From NCBI RefSeq assembly GCF_004010195.1, contig NC_057721.1, forward strand, positions 34,905,166 to 34,969,165: a DNA stretch of 64,000 nucleotides, given 5' to 3'. Position 1 is the stretch's first letter, and every line of letters starts with the position of its first letter. Shown here piece after piece: positions 1-13,702 of the stretch. The notes under the pieces were generated by a model. The model did no database searches, was not told the DNA's origin, and worked only from the letters and a program-made list of their open reading frames with translations. Both the position numbers and the translations under genes were made by a program. Source of the stretch: Chiloscyllium plagiosum. Its lineage: Eukaryota.

Positions 1-300
1 CACTGCTTCTCTCTTACATATTCTGTTGTTTAAACCATCAAAGAACAACAACATGTTCGTCAAACATGATTTCCCTTTTATAAATCCATGTTGACTCTGA
101 CCAATCCGTCCATTATTTTCAAAGTGTCAAGTTATCACATCACCCATTATAAATTCTGGCATTTTCCCTATGACTGATTTTAGGCTAAGAGGTCTGTAGC
201 TCCTCATTTTGTCTCTCCCTCCTTTCTTAAATTATACTTGCCACTTCCCAATCTGCAGGGACCATTCCAGAACCTGTAACAATTTGAAAAATGACCACCA
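1..300 (-). mobile_element. Old CR1-type LINE RT fragment
   Basis: Minus strand reads like CR1 RT segments (SQHGFIKGKSCLTN; VPADWEVA), resembling better-preserved CR1 copies in this window. Confidence 0.7.
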
Positions 301-2049
301 TACATTCATAATCACTTGAAATTCTCCATTGATTCTCCATTTTCTATTTGGAAGGCTTTTCTTTTGAGGACAGACTCAAAGTAATCATCTTTTTTCTCAG
401 TGGACACACATTTATTTTTGCAAATCTTTTCTTTTATGCATACCTATAAGAACTTTTACAGTCTGTTTTCATTATTCTCACTCATTTACTTTCAATTGTA
501 TTTTCTCTTTCTTAAATATTTTACTTGGTTCTCTGTTCCAGAAATTAATACCTTAAATGTCCCTTAAAAATATACCACATTTCCAGATCTGAGGCCATGC
601 TTTCATCTAATGGAAATTCTATCATCAAGTACAAACATTTGCACTAAAACTATGAACATTGAGAGTCTATAGAAATTTAAGCACAAATATTATCAACTGA
701 TTTATAAGTAGCTACTCAAGCCTTCCGACTGTGTCACAATTGATGCTGGCCCAACGTTTCAGTGACCTACCAAATTATTTCCTTTGTTGATTCAGTGTCT
801 AATTTTGCCTCGTTGCATTTCAATGAAGTTCATCTGGATTCTTTCCAATATTAAAAATCCTATAGAAATGCAATTTGTTACTATACTATGTAAATATATT
901 TAAAAGATTCTCAGAAACTATTTTAAAAGTTAACACGTGTAGATCTGATTAGCAAGATCAGAACAATGGACAGTGAGATCAGGATCTGATTAGGTTGTAA
1001 TCCAAGCAAAAGAATTTGTTTGTGGAGTTAGTTTTGTTTAGAACCATCCATAGCACATCACTACTGAGATGTTATTCTCTTGTGTTTCATTTTTTCCTAA
1101 TTTCTGACAGCACAATATACACCATAATTGAAGGAGCTGGCATATTGAAGAGGAATGCAATCAAAATGCCTCCATGGAAAATTCAGTTGCATTGTACTGT
1201 GGTGTAATTTTTACCTAATCTAATGTTCAGTCTGTCACAGCACACCAATATATTAAATATAATTAGGTTAGCCTGAGGGAGCAAGGCAGAGAAGCATACT
1301 AGATATATAAACTTAATAAGAAAAATACAGGCCTTTTAAAAACAAGGCAGAATAAGAGAAATCAAAAAGGATAAAATAGAAGTTAAAGTTCTACATTTTA
1401 ACTTTGGATTGCATTGACTGACCAGTTTTACTGTTTCTACACGTGTTTCCTGATATGGTACTCTCCATTTGGGTACACAGGCAAAAGTATCAAGAAAATA
1501 TAGAGGAAGTATGACATTGCCTTTGGGTCACTGCATCCACCTGCTTCATTTGGTTACAAGTATGTGTTGACTACTCATTGCTGTGAACATCTTAAGTACC
1601 AAAGAATTTCCTTCAGCCTTCAATACATACAATTCAATTTTATCTGATGGCAAACAAATATTTTCTTTTGTGATTTTGTAGTCATTGCATTCATGAAATC
1701 AGTTTCAAGAAGATAAGGTGTTGTATTACTTTTGGAGCTCAGCAAAATTAATGCTCGAAAATAATGTTAAACGTAGGGAACTTATGCATCAGTTTCACCC
1801 AGAGTTAATGTTACATTTTTAAAGTCACACAAGATATGAGTCTATGATTCATTATCTTATTGCCATGTCCCAAGACATAAGATGTTGCTTGATAATCAAG
1901 CTAATTTTAATGTTATTAACTCATTTAAAATAAGATATGCAGACTGGAGAATACACAGTGCTTGCCACATAATGGCTTGGGACTAAAGGAATTGATGTAA
2001 TTTCACAAGACAATCACTTCACTGACCTGAAGTGTTCATATTTACTCAC

Positions 2050-2097
2050 TAACTAAAATAAATGTTTGTTTCCTTGCTATTACAGCCATGCAAAGAA
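2050..2097 (-). CDS. Candidate exon 2 of the MGNCC gene (48 nt, phase 2-2: SLHGCNSKETNIYFS)
   Basis: Acceptor tttgtttaaccttcag, donor TTA|gtgagt, frame compatible with exon 1 and open. No homology support. Confidence 0.3.
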
Positions 2098-2367
2098 CTG
2101 AAGGTTAAACAAATGAAGCGGCCTTCTGGAAATTGTTCCGTGATTGTTCCTAAGTTTTGTATTGTCTAAGCCTAACAAACTGCTAAGACTTGACAGATAT
2201 ATGCATTATCCCAGATGTTGCTCAATGGTTTTACCAATAAGGATAGCAAAACTCTGGAAAAAGCAAGGAACCAGAGTGCCAAGTTCTCATTGATTGGGGT
2301 TTGCTTTTGGCATGAAAAGTCCAGAAATCTAAACATTATGAAAGAATGACAGGCCAAGAACTGAATG

Positions 2368-3452
2368 TAGAGTTATAGAGTCATAGAGATGTACAGCACG
2401 GAAACAGACCCTTCAGTCCAACCCGTCCATGCCGACCAGATATCCCAACCCAATTTAGTCCCACCCTCCAGCAGCTGGCCCATATCCTTCCAAACCCTTC
2501 CTATTCATATACCCATCCAAATGCCTTTTAAATGTTGTAATTGTACCAGCCTCCACCACCTCTTCTGGTAGCCCATTCCACACATGCACTGTGCTCTGCA
2601 TGAAAAAGTTACCCTTAGATCTCTTTTATGTCTTTCCCCTTTCACCCTAAACCTATGTCCTCTAGTTCTGGACTTCCCCCACCCCAGGGAAAATACTTTG
2701 TCTATTTATCCTATCCGTGCCCGTCATGATTTTATAAACCTCTATAAGGTCACCCTTCAGCCTCTGATGCTCCAGGGAAAACAATCTTTCCCTATAATTC
2801 AAATCCTCCAACCCTGGCAACATCCTTGTAAATCTTTTCTGAACCCTTTCAAGTTTCACAACAACTTTCCGATAGGAAGGAGACCAGAACTGCATGCAAT
2901 ATTCCAACAGTGGCCTAGCCAATGTCCTGTACAGCCGCAACATGACCTCCCAACTCCTGTACTCAATACTCTGGCCAATAAAGGAAAGCATACCAAATGC
3001 CTTCTTCACTATCCCATCTACCTCTGACTCCACTTTCAAGGAGCTATGAACCTGTACTCCAAGGTCTCTTTGTTCAGGAACACTCTCTAGGACCTTACCA
3101 TTAAGTATATACGTCCTGCTCAGGTTTGCTTTCCCAAAATGCAGCACCTCACATTTATCTAAATTAAACTCCATCTGCCACTCCTGAGCCCATTGGCCCA
3201 TCTGGTCAAAGATCCCATTTAAATCCAATGTAACCTTCATAACTGTCCACCACACCTCCAATTTTGGTGTTGTCTGCAAACTTGCTAACTATACCTCTTA
3301 TGCTCACATCCAAATCATTTATAGAAATGATGAAAAGCAGTGGACCCAGCACCGATCCTTGTGGCACTCCACTGGTCACAGGCCTCCAGTCTGAAATACA
3401 ACCCTCCACCACCACCCTCTACCTGTGAGCCAATTCTGTATCCAAATGGCAG
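2368..3452 (-). mobile_element. 5'-truncated CR1 (HER1-like) LINE with 3' end
   Basis: ORFs 3206-3415 and 2662-3279 carry [26 protein letters not shown] and LYRTLARPLLEYC. (CTCTATGA)n-type tail at 2368-2388. Confidence 0.93.
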
Positions 3453-3919
3453 TCAGAATAAGGTCAGCCCAGAAAGATCACATCAACCTGCTTCCACAGG
3501 AGTCAAGCTGGTAAGTAACCTGGAATCCATAAGAACCCTTGGTGCTCAGTGGGCCAATTGTACCTGCACCACAAGAGAGGTATCTTAGCAGCTTTGTTAC
3601 CAATGGCCAGCAGTAAACAGTTACAAAAGATATGTCTAAAGTGCTGCCAGCAATCATCTGCCCCTTCAAATGGGGTGTCCACTTGCTGACTACACAAGTT
3701 TGGGTTTGTGCCTGGCATAACCATCAATGTAGCATTCCAAAGAAGCTTTGAACACCTACTAAATTCCTTTTCCGGGGTTTTTTTTTCTCTGATTTATAAT
3801 TAGAAGATGATTAATACAAATTATGAAGTTGTGCTAACTAATCTCTCTGTATAAAAAGATAAAATCATTTGACACCAAATTTAAGATACTCTTGACAATG
3901 ACAGTTCAAGGAATCTGAC

Positions 3920-5150
3920 CTGACGCCCAATGGTAGTAAGATTCACACTCATGTTACTGGCAACGCCGGTTTTCATTTATAATGTAACACAGTATCCCCA
4001 GTCATAGGTTTCGAAACACAGGTTTCGGGCCTCCAACAGCATTTGGATGGAGTGACACCAGGAAACATGACAATTAGGGAGTACTGCTGGCAGGTTGCTA
4101 GAATAATCAAGCTGGATCCTTATTTCTATTCCTTTGTCAAAAAAGACCCCGCCTTTTTAAAGCTGCCCTAACTTTCCAACATAATCCTTTTGCTCATGCT
4201 TTAAGAGTTAGTCATCTCCCGTTCAAAGAGACATTTCTCTTTCCAAAAACGAGTGAATTGTCTGGTACCAATTATAGGAACAGAACTATCCGCTTACGAC
4301 ATCAAAATGAATGTCTCGACAAAAATATCATTTTCAACATATAAAAAAAAACTGAACACAATACATTGAGTTGTGGGTCTTTACACGTTGGTGCTAATGT
4401 TGCATTGCTTGTACTCACTTCTGTGTTTTCTTGCAACAGTTCCCCATGTCACTTGTCAGACAGGTCTGCGGAATATCAAAGACTGCAGCTGTACACTGAC
4501 CCTCACAAACTCATCCAGCAGCTGGAAACATAGCACTAACATTTGTTAGACGGAAGTCTTCGACGTATCCGGAGGGGAAAAAGATGCGTTATACATTTAA
4601 ACAAAGATAAGAGCGTCATTTCCTCTCATCTGTCAGTTTGATGTCTGTTCCTCGGTGCACACAGAAAGCACTGTGAAAAACCTTTTTAAGAGAGACCGTG
4701 TTGAAGAACGATCAGCAAACAGTGAGAATAGGAACGTACATGTAGAATGGTGATGTTATGGTTCGGAAAGTAATCCTCAGGACTTTTAAGTTCTCTTTTC
4801 TCCTTACATGTACCGGGTCAACTAATGTGAGGTACTTGTATCACGAAAGTGCACAAACTAGAAAGAATAAATAATTTACCATCGAATGAAGTGTTTTTTT
4901 TAACCAATTCTGCTTTATTTAAATCTAACGAACTTAAACATCTTCGCTGATTTAAGGGATATTGCCAACACCACCCAACACTTCAAAATAATTATTGAGC
5001 AAAATGACCTCCTCATTCCTACACCACACAGTAAGAGTCTAACTTAATTCCTCAAATTTCTAATTATAATTTATTTCGGATTTCCTGCGTGAGTTTGCTG
5101 GATTTAATAACGCTTTTTAAAGGGAAAATAGATTAACATTTAGTCGTGAG
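3920..5150 (-). promoter_or_regulatory. CpG-retaining promoter region of the - strand gene
   Basis: Visibly more CpG than the flanks. ETS site CGGAAGT at 4551-4557, CAGCTG E-boxes near 4486 and 4519, AGATAA near 4605. Surrounds the ATG exon. Confidence 0.55.
4419..4447 (-). CDS. First coding exon, MGNCCKKTQ(N/K); predicted N-myristoylated and palmitoylated protein
   Basis: gacATGG Kozak context, ATG GGG AAC TGT TGC AAG AAA ACA CAG AA, then consensus donor gtgagt (phase 2), inside the CpG-retaining region. Confidence 0.65.
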
Positions 5151-6058
5151 CCATTGACTTGAAGTACCCATATTAGTCAAAAACATAAGCACAACATTTG
5201 GTTGTTAATTTACACTGCTTACAGGAGACTGCCCACATGTACCAGAGATTTTTCACCTCAAATGTGTAGTACAGAAACAAGCCATTCAGCCAAGCTGATC
5301 CGTGCTTTATATCCGTATATTGCACAAGGCTTCCTACACCCCCCCCCCCCCCCCCAACACCATCATTCCTACATCGACCTCTATCATTTCTCCGTCAAGC
5401 TTCCCCTTAAATTTATCAATAGAATCAGCTTTAACCAATCTATTACTACACAACACTGTCTGGGGGAAGAAAATCCTTCTGACTTATGTCTATTCTGTTA
5501 GTGATTATCTTATATTTATGTCCTGGGCTCACCCAAAAGTGGATTTTCTTTTTCACATCCACTCTATAATGTTGCACAATTTCAAAGACCTAACCAAGTA
5601 ATCTCCTCAACTTCTCTACCATAGAGATCAGCCTACTCAATCTTTACTGATAGTTGTGACCTTCAGATTCTGGTGACATCCCTGTAAATACTTTCTGCAT
5701 CTTCTCTGGTACTTTAAAGTCCTGTGGGGGTGAGAACCATGCAGCCAAGTGCGTTATCTATGAATTTAACATTTACTTCCATGTTTTTGGACTGTTGTCA
5801 AGGCCCTTGTGGAAATCTATGCATACCACACCCATTGTATTGCCGCCTGCTGACTCTGTTCTCTTCACAAAATTCAGTAAGGTTGCTTAAACAAGAACAT
5901 CCCTTTTAAAATCCAAGCTGACTTTTTATTTTGTTCCCTGTCAAATTATCTTTGCTCTCTAACTTCCTTTTACTTTATTTTTTGATGGTCTTTACATGTC
6001 ACCTGTCTGTGGCACTTGGGTTTTACTTTCTTTATAGTCTAAAATAAGAAGCTGCTAT

Positions 6059-6314
6059 TGTGAGGTTCCCTTCTTGAGGTTCTTGATGCAACTGCAATAC
6101 GCCAACTTCTGTCAACAGCCGCAATTTATTTTAGCAAGCACAAGCTTTTGGAGGATCATTTCACACTCTTCGCAATGCTTGGCGAGCATCTCAAGCAAGG
6201 CTCCCAGAACAAGGGAACCATCCTCCCTTTATACAGGGTTTTACATCACAGTCAGGAATGCACAAAAGATACAACCTTCTACCACTCCCCTATAGTCATG
6301 TGCCACCCAAAACA
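6059..6314 (-). mobile_element. Possible solo LTR
   Basis: Minus strand begins TG and ends CA, with TATAAA followed by AATAAA inside. No clear target-site duplication. Confidence 0.3.
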
Positions 6315-6530
6315 ATGTAAAATGATTAGACTATTTCTCAAAAAAATGTATGATTAGGTTATTCTTTAAAACAGTATGATTAGATTGTCACATCCTGCCT
6401 GGAAGACAGAAAAACACAGCCCCCGGGACATCCAATTTCTTACCTGTCAACAGGAAAAATGAACCCTTTAACATCTCACGATTTCTACATGAGGAACATG
6501 TCGACTGCTTTTCATCATTTCTTTAAGTGA

Positions 6531-6680
6531 TTTGGATGTGAATATTAGGGGTTTGCAGATGACACCAAAAATGGATGTGTTGTGTACAGTGAAGAAAGTT
6601 ACCTTAGAGTACAGTGGGTTCTTGATCAGATGGATCAATGGGCTGAGGAGAGGCAGATGCACTTTAATTTGGATAAAAGC
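6531..6680 (+). mobile_element. Short CR1 RT fragment
   Basis: ttggatgtgaatattagggg..tttgcagatgacaccaaaa..ggcagatgcactttaatttggataa matches other CR1 copies here. Confidence 0.7.
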
Positions 6681-7749
6681 CAGAAAACCAACTTTGAGTA
6701 AGTGTTATTATATGATTTATTACCTGGAGCTGATTGTCTTCCAAGCCACAAGAATCAAAATCAGTTTGTCAGTAGCTGCAGTGACAACGATAATAATTTC
6801 TCGAAGGCTGAGTTGTCTGAATGGATAATTGAGGTAATGAAAACATAAATACCTTTTCCAAAAGTCTCTCTTGCATAAAAATAAATGCCATGATATTGCA
6901 ACAGCATTTTAAGATGACAGAAACTATGAATACATTGTAGCTGGACAAAACTTATAAGGGACCAGTTACAAGTATTGGTGCAGTATCCAGTACACAATTT
7001 GTATGAGAAGTGCAGTCTATTTCAACTCTGTTAAGCTGTTCTGCACTCCTGGAGCTTTGCATGTCATGCACTTCAAAGGTACATGGGATATGTCTATGCA
7101 AGAAATCTGGTTCCAGAGATACAAGCAGATGCTGCAATAGGATGTAATCAAACAAGAAGCACAAGCAGAATGCTTACAACACAGCAGTGAGTATGCCAGA
7201 GACCTGCATAAATACAAGAACATAATTGAGGTTATCAGTAAGACTGACCAGGGTGAAGGTTAGGAGTGAAATAAACTTGAACTTGAAGCTGAATAGGCCT
7301 TTTGCACTGTGGGTGAATTCAAACAACTAAATAGTTTTGCCAATATTAATATTATATGCTTAAAGACAATTAATAAACACAATAAACATTCAAGACCAAA
7401 GTAACATGGAACTAATGCAATTATCATCCCTGTCAGAATCCTGAAAGCTATGTACCCGGATCATTGGAAGTCAGTGATACGACCTGCAACAGCATAATTA
7501 ACTACATTTAATGAGACTTCTATCCCTTGCGTTGTTACATTGACAATGAAATGCAGCTATGACCATTCTACATTGAAACAACATGAGCCTGAGTAGACCA
7601 GCATTATTGCTGTTTTTATATCTCAATGTTGTAACCATTCACAAGATCACCAATATCCTCGTTTCAGTAAAAGAGACCAAGAATACTCACTCAGTGCGGG
7701 AGCTAAAACCATTGTACCCAGACAGATTTTATATCAGAGAAAGTGTCAA

Positions 7750-8150
7750 AAGTGAAGTTCTGTTGCAACTCAGAGAAGATTCAATTCCATCAAATTAGTC
7801 TCCCAGAAAGTCTAGTGTTCACACATAAGATAAGCTTAAGAATCAGTTAGACGGTGTGAAATGTGCTGGCATTATTTATCATGTGCATCAGCATACAGAC
7901 TGGCGCAGTTCCATTTGTGCCATATGCATGGCAAGAGGAACATCAACATATGTTTGAATCACTCAAACAAGCGCTGCGAGCAGACCAGTTGCATTTAGAT
8001 TAAAAAGTCTATTACAAACATAATCCAATTATATCAACATAGAACATGAGGCACTTGTTCTGGTATATAGCATCACAAGATGAACCTGTTTGGTAAGAGG
8101 TTCAGTGTGGAAACTGATTACAAACCAACTGAAATTATTTTGCACAAAAA
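7750..8150 (+). mobile_element. Degenerate Ty3/Gypsy pol remnant (RT connection/RNase H)
   Basis: Frame-broken peptides AWQEEHQHMFESLKQAL, SNYINIEHEALVLVYSITR and LFGKRFSVETDYKP match Gypsy RNase H motifs (NY..IE.EALA, G..F...TDHKPL). Confidence 0.75.
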
Positions 8151-8881
8151 AAACTGATAAGGGCATTACTTAAACAATAATTACTTCTTGTAAAAGTAGA
8201 GGGATATGACTGTGACACTTGCTACAAACCTGGTACCAAAGTGGCTACACCTGTGGACATTGGTTTACCATACTATCAGAGGTCGTATCTGGAAGGCAAA
8301 GTTATATATGTCTGTGTGTATAATTTCACTCTTAGTGTATGCAATTTTATCTTGGAACCAATTCATTTCTGCTTTAAGAGCTGGATTGTGGGTTAATGAG
8401 CCAAGGATAAGGATGAAAACATATACAATGGGATGGAATATGTTAAGAATTGTGAAACTCCAATGGTTGGACAAGTGCATTTACATTATTTGACTATTAA
8501 TAACTGGAAGCTGAATTCTTCATTCTATTTTTGCATTATCTTATTTCCAATTCTTTCAAAATTCTGAACTTCACATTGGAATGTTTTAATGACAAAAGTA
8601 TCAGAAGGTGAAATTTAAGTGATGCAGAGCCAACATTCAGGAGTATATCTCTGTCCTGTGACAATATGAACAGTGCCATCTTTTTCTAGTGGTATGCCAT
8701 TGCAACACAGTACTTGTGCAGAGGTGGAGTCATTGTAACGCGTGACAGTGGCATTGACAAGAGACACAATCTTTTTGTTAAACATCCCAGAATACCAACA
8801 GTTTTTTCCAAATCATTTGATTATCCCAACTTCTGGCTTTTGCCTTACATGAATCATGTCGTACGCATTCATCAGATTTGC

Positions 8882-9207
8882 TTAGAATCCCTACAGTGTG
8901 GAAACAGGCACTTTGGCCCAACAAGTCCACACCGACCCTCCGAAGAGTAACCCACTCAAACCCTTTCCCCATTATTCTAATATAGACTTATTATTCTACA
9001 TTTTCTCCTGACTAATGTACCTAATCTACACATCCTTGACAACACATTATCTGCACATCTTTGCACTGTGGGAAGAAAGCCGGAGCACCTGGAGGAAACC
9101 CATGTAGCCACGGGGAGAATGTGCAAATTCCACACAGTCACCCAAGGCTGGAATTGAACCCGGGTCCTTGGGCATTGTGAGGCAGCAGGGCTGACCACTG
9201 TGCCACC
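8882..9207 (-). mobile_element. HE1-like tRNA-derived SINE
   Basis: Minus strand has the head ggtggcacagtggtcagccctgctgcctcaca..ggttcaattcc (A/B boxes) and a LINE-like 3' tail. Confidence 0.85.
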
Positions 9208-9473
9208 CACTACCTCAGCAAATTCCCCACTCTTTATTCCCCTTAACTCTCCTATCACCTACCACCAGCCTCTCCCTCTTCACTGCACACCACATGTTCT
9301 ATATGCCATTAAGAAACACTCTTTCACACTGCACTTTACTGTGCCAAGTAAATGAGCTTGTGTGTGGGAGGGAAAAGGGCTGATTACAGTTTATGTTTGC
9401 AGTGAGGAAGATTGTGTATGGGGGGAAAGGAGACCCAATTACGCTGTGTTGTGGTGAGGAGGAGGATGAGATA

Positions 9474-9477
<4 letters not shown>

Positions 9478-9507
<30 letters not shown>

Positions 9508-9589
9508 TGTGTGTGTGTTGTGTGCGTGTGTGTTGTGTGCGTGTGTTTTGTGTGTGTGCGTGTGCTGTGTGTGCTTTGTATGTGTGTGT
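9478..9589. repeat. Imperfect (TG)n microsatellite
   Basis: Directly visible. Confidence 0.95.
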
Positions 9590-10029
9590 CGGAGGTGTGG
9601 CAGGGAAAGAAGCTTCACCGATTCTTCCCTCACTCAGTGGGTATACAAAGTGACCTGACTGAAATGTCAGTGGCCGCTCACTCTCACATTTATTGTCTCT
9701 GCCTGATCAGATGTATTCTACTTCCCTCAAGAAGCCTAACCCCAGGTTGGGAGGAGCAGATGTCTTTGATCCAGATGTAGTAACAGTGAGGAAACTTTAT
9801 AATTTTTTTAAGATATTTCAGGAATCCGTAGCTTTTAAAAATAAAATCTGAAAAAGATTTAAGAGGTTGCATGAGTTGTAAATGGATCAGTTATAATTTT
9901 GGATTCTCAAATGCACTGGTCCATATGACCACTTTTTACCTAGAAGCAGTTCCAAGAGAAATTAAATCAAGTCGGCGGGCATGTGACCAGCAGACATAAC
10001 TAAAGTGACAACAAGGAAGGAAAAACAAA

Positions 10030-10160
10030 AGCAAAATATCAGGGATGCTGGAAATCTGAAACAAACACAAAAAATGTTGGAGAAACTCAAGAGATCTGGC
10101 AGCATCTGTAGATAGAGAAACAGCATTAATGTTTTGAGTTCAGTCTGATTCATCTTCAGA
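10030..10160 (-). repeat. Short dispersed Penelope-terminus-like repeat
   Basis: gatgctggaaatctgaaacaaac..ggagaaactc..ggcagcatctg motif. Related copies at ~39685, ~41270-41420, ~43765-43885 and ~47815. Confidence 0.55.
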
Positions 10161-11729
10161 CTCTGCTGCCTACGGAGAAACAATAAGCTCCTTGGAGGAA
10201 AGGAACTCAGATTCTGGTTGGAAGGACTATGTCATGGAGACCAGGTACCATAAAGACAAGATGGACTGCTTAATAACACCATTGGATAGTATCTGTCACA
10301 TCTGTTGTTTTACATGTAGTTTGTGGCCCATCCTAGCCATGGTACGCTTGCTAATTCATTATCAACTCGGTTGATGCTGATTCATGTTGAAGTACTGGTA
10401 AAAGTTAAAAATACAGTTTGTTTTTCCTTTTCTCATTTAAAAAAATTTTAAGTATTTTTTTTTCATTTGGGGATCATTTGAAAATGTAATCATTTTGTGT
10501 TTTAGACTCCATGTTCCCTGTGACAAATTGCATTGAGTGTAATTGAATCCTTAGTAAAAATGCAGACTGGGAGTTGGAATATTATTTTGCCTCATTTGAG
10601 ATCCTCAGTTTAAAAAATCTTTATTTAACTCATAGCATATTAAAATCAATATTTTCAAAATGGCCTTTGCTATAGGCATAATATTGTATGCAATTCTAAT
10701 TGCTGATAGTATCCCTTACTTCCATACCAATATCTACAAGCTGAAGCTGCTCAGGTGAAGTAATGGTTTGGTGGGTACATGAGCAATAAGTATGTAAACA
10801 GCACTTTTCAACTTGAAAATCACAGGTTTTCATGTTTATACAATTGTGCATTTATAATATGTGAACTTTAATAATCATATTCTGAATGTTATCACTTTGC
10901 TTTATTACATAAGGTGTGCAGGGGTAATGGTTTCTCCCATTAGCCTGTTTATCTGGAAAGAATGTACCTCAAAAGCTAATGGACACATTTTGTTGAAACT
11001 CGATGTGCAGGTATGGTCCATGGAATTAGATTTTGGTGAAGATGCAGAGTGGGATTGTTGAGTTTTTTCTTTAAAGGATTGACTGGGAATTAGGATGAAT
11101 TGCTGATTGCTTTAGTATGTTGTGGAATGCCTTAGCTGCTGTGGTGGAATTTGTTGCACCAGCCAGAATGTGAACAGAGTTTTCAGAGCAGGCTGTTGGA
11201 TATGGATTGCCATGAAGCTTCCCACAGTGTGTTGGAAGCTCTTAGTTAAAAACATCAACATTGCAGTCGCAGAGGAGCAACCAGGCAGAGAATTATCTCA
11301 TGGAAGAGTTGCATATTTGTGACATCAGTGAGTTAATACAGCGTGATAGAGATATGTTCTTCAGTGATTACTGTTCTGTTTTGGTTGGCACCTGGGCCAT
11401 GTTGGAAAACAATTTGGAACTCACGTTGTAAAATTCTGCCTCTTACTCAAAGAAGATTAGCAGGAAACCAACGTCTTCCTTTCTCTGTAAATTTCATATA
11501 TTTTACAGGAAAATCCAATGCAAAAGTTCACAATTAACACTATTGGTTAATAACAATATTATAGAATCTTCACAGGGAAATTTTTAAAAATCCAAGTTCA
11601 AAAGTAGATTGAAGGAAATATATGAAGGAAATCATCAAATAATATTTTAAGTTCTATTTCATATCCACTTTAAGATTTCTGTCCTTTCAGTTGTCAGGGG
11701 TCATTTTCAGTTGTCACTCATTATCATTA

Positions 11730-12189
11730 CCATTATCTGGATCTATCACTACCTGGTATGGCAACTGTACCATTCATGATCGGAGATGGTTACAGAGTGG
11801 TGAACTCAGCCCGGACAATCACAAAGGCCAACCTCCCAGCTATAGAATCCATTTACCAGGCCCGCTGTCAAGGAAAGGCCACCAGCATTCTCAATGATCC
11901 ATCCCACCCTGGCAATGTTTTTCTACAACCTCTGTCATCAGGGAGAAGGTACAGAAATCTGAACATACACACCAGTCGGTGCGTAAGTTTCTACCCTACT
12001 GTTGTTAGAATACTGAAAAACTCACAAACTCTTAACATTCGACCGTTTTTGTCTTTGACGCTGTTTACCTTTTATTTATTTATCAGTGCTACTTAACTCT
12101 GTGATCTACCTGTATTGCTTCCAAGACAAAGCTTTTCACTGTGCCTCAGTACACGTGACAACAAATTCAATTCAATTCAATTCAATTCA
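11730..12189 (+). mobile_element. Rex1/Babar-like LINE 3' end with (ATTCA)n tail
   Basis: Peptides ITTWYGNCT, RVVNSARTIT and ILNDPSHPG..LSSGRRYR, typical of the C-terminus of this clade; tandem attca tail at 12164-12189. Confidence 0.8.
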
Positions 12190-13702
12190 TCTTCTGGCCT
12201 TGTTTTAATACCTTAACACGATTTAAAGCAATGTTCAAAACGTCACACATGCTACTTAGTGCCAAAGTAATTTCTTATTAGCAGCATAAATAATAGCTTC
12301 TATGGGCATGTTTTTAGTTACTTATGAAATGTGAATGATTTTGGCAAAATTAACATTTATTGACAATCCATAGTTATTCTTAGAAGGTTAAGATTACTGC
12401 TAGTCTTCCATTCGATCCAGTATAATTCTTGTGGTGATGTGACTGCAATGATGTTTGCAATTGAATTCCTGATCCTAAACATCAGCAATAAAGGAACAGC
12501 GATATATATCCAAGTCAAGATGGTATGTGAGAGAGCAACTTGAAAATCATGTGATCAATCTTGTAGAACATGTCAGATTCCCATGAATAGGCTTGAGGTA
12601 GGACTCCTTTCCACCTCAGGAGTTGCCAATTCTCACCTCAGGGAGTTGCCAATCATTCAGAGCCAGGATGTTTTCCAGTTGCCCGAGTGTCACTGGGAGC
12701 AGTGGGCGCTACTGGTACTGTAGTCAAGATGAGGTGAGCTGCACAGGATCCAGCCAACATGTGGGTTAGTTAGGGTATCCCCAAGTGCCAAGTAAGCAGG
12801 CCCTTGTGAAATGGGGATTGGAGGGTCAGGACGTGAGGGGAGTTCAACCTGAGATGGGATAACACTTGCCTGGCATTTTGTGATGTGTCCACGGGACCCT
12901 CCACCAGCACAGGTTTCACACTTGACATAATTATCTCCCTCAGCCAGCTCAATCCCAGTACTGGCAGAAAGTAATCACTGTTTATGGATTCCATTTACCC
13001 CACAGTTTGGTAGGTTACCCATCACCACTCTTAAAATTGCGGCCTGCTGAATTTTAATTGGCTCCCAGTATAGACCCATTGGTCAGGGTGTCTCTAATCC
13101 ATTCCAAGGGGCTCTCCTGTCCTTCCTGGTGGTAGAGTTCATGGCCTGGGAAGTGCTATTAAATCGTTTAGTGAATTGCTGCAATATGTTTTGTATGTCA
13201 CACAAATTAGGCCAGGGTGCACCGGGTGTGGCTATTGAATCTTGTAACAGAAGTCCCCAGCACTAGCTACACTTTCTAAAATAGGAAAAATATAAATTAA
13301 TAGGATGCTGACTGGACAGAGACAGCTTACATATTTTTCCTAGAAGCGCAACAAATGGCTGAGGAAGCAAAATTAACACTAATGGTTTCTGAAACCATAA
13401 GGCTTACATATTTCCATATTTGTTATCTAACCCTGCAGATGCTGCTCACTTCTCTTGCTGCTCCTTTAGTGAAGATGGTTAAATGTCATCATATCTTTCC
13501 TCACATTGTTATTTGGAACTGGTGAGTTGCTCTGGAATTCATGTGACCTGTGTCTTTTGGCTTTGTTCCCCTTCAAAATTAGACTTGCTCTGTCAAAGTA
13601 GCAGGGACATCTCAGCAACCTTGGATATGCCTCAGCAGGAAGAGAAAAACATGCAAACTCGTTCAAGGCCAATTTCCAGTTCCGGTGATGTTTGGTAGGC
13701 TT

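Noticed and set aside
1215-1272. Minus-strand exon candidate ANLIIFNILVCCDRLNIRL
   Set aside because: Open only in phase 0, incompatible with the phase-2 upstream exons.
4440-4533. Plus-strand terminal-exon-like frame SPCHLSDRSAEYQRLQLYTDPHKLIQQLET*
   Set aside because: No convincing upstream plus-strand exons. The same bases are better explained by the minus-strand ATG exon with a perfect donor in a promoter-like region. Not fully excluded.
9393-9780. Cys/Val- and His/Thr-rich ORFs
   Set aside because: Translations of a (TG)n microsatellite.
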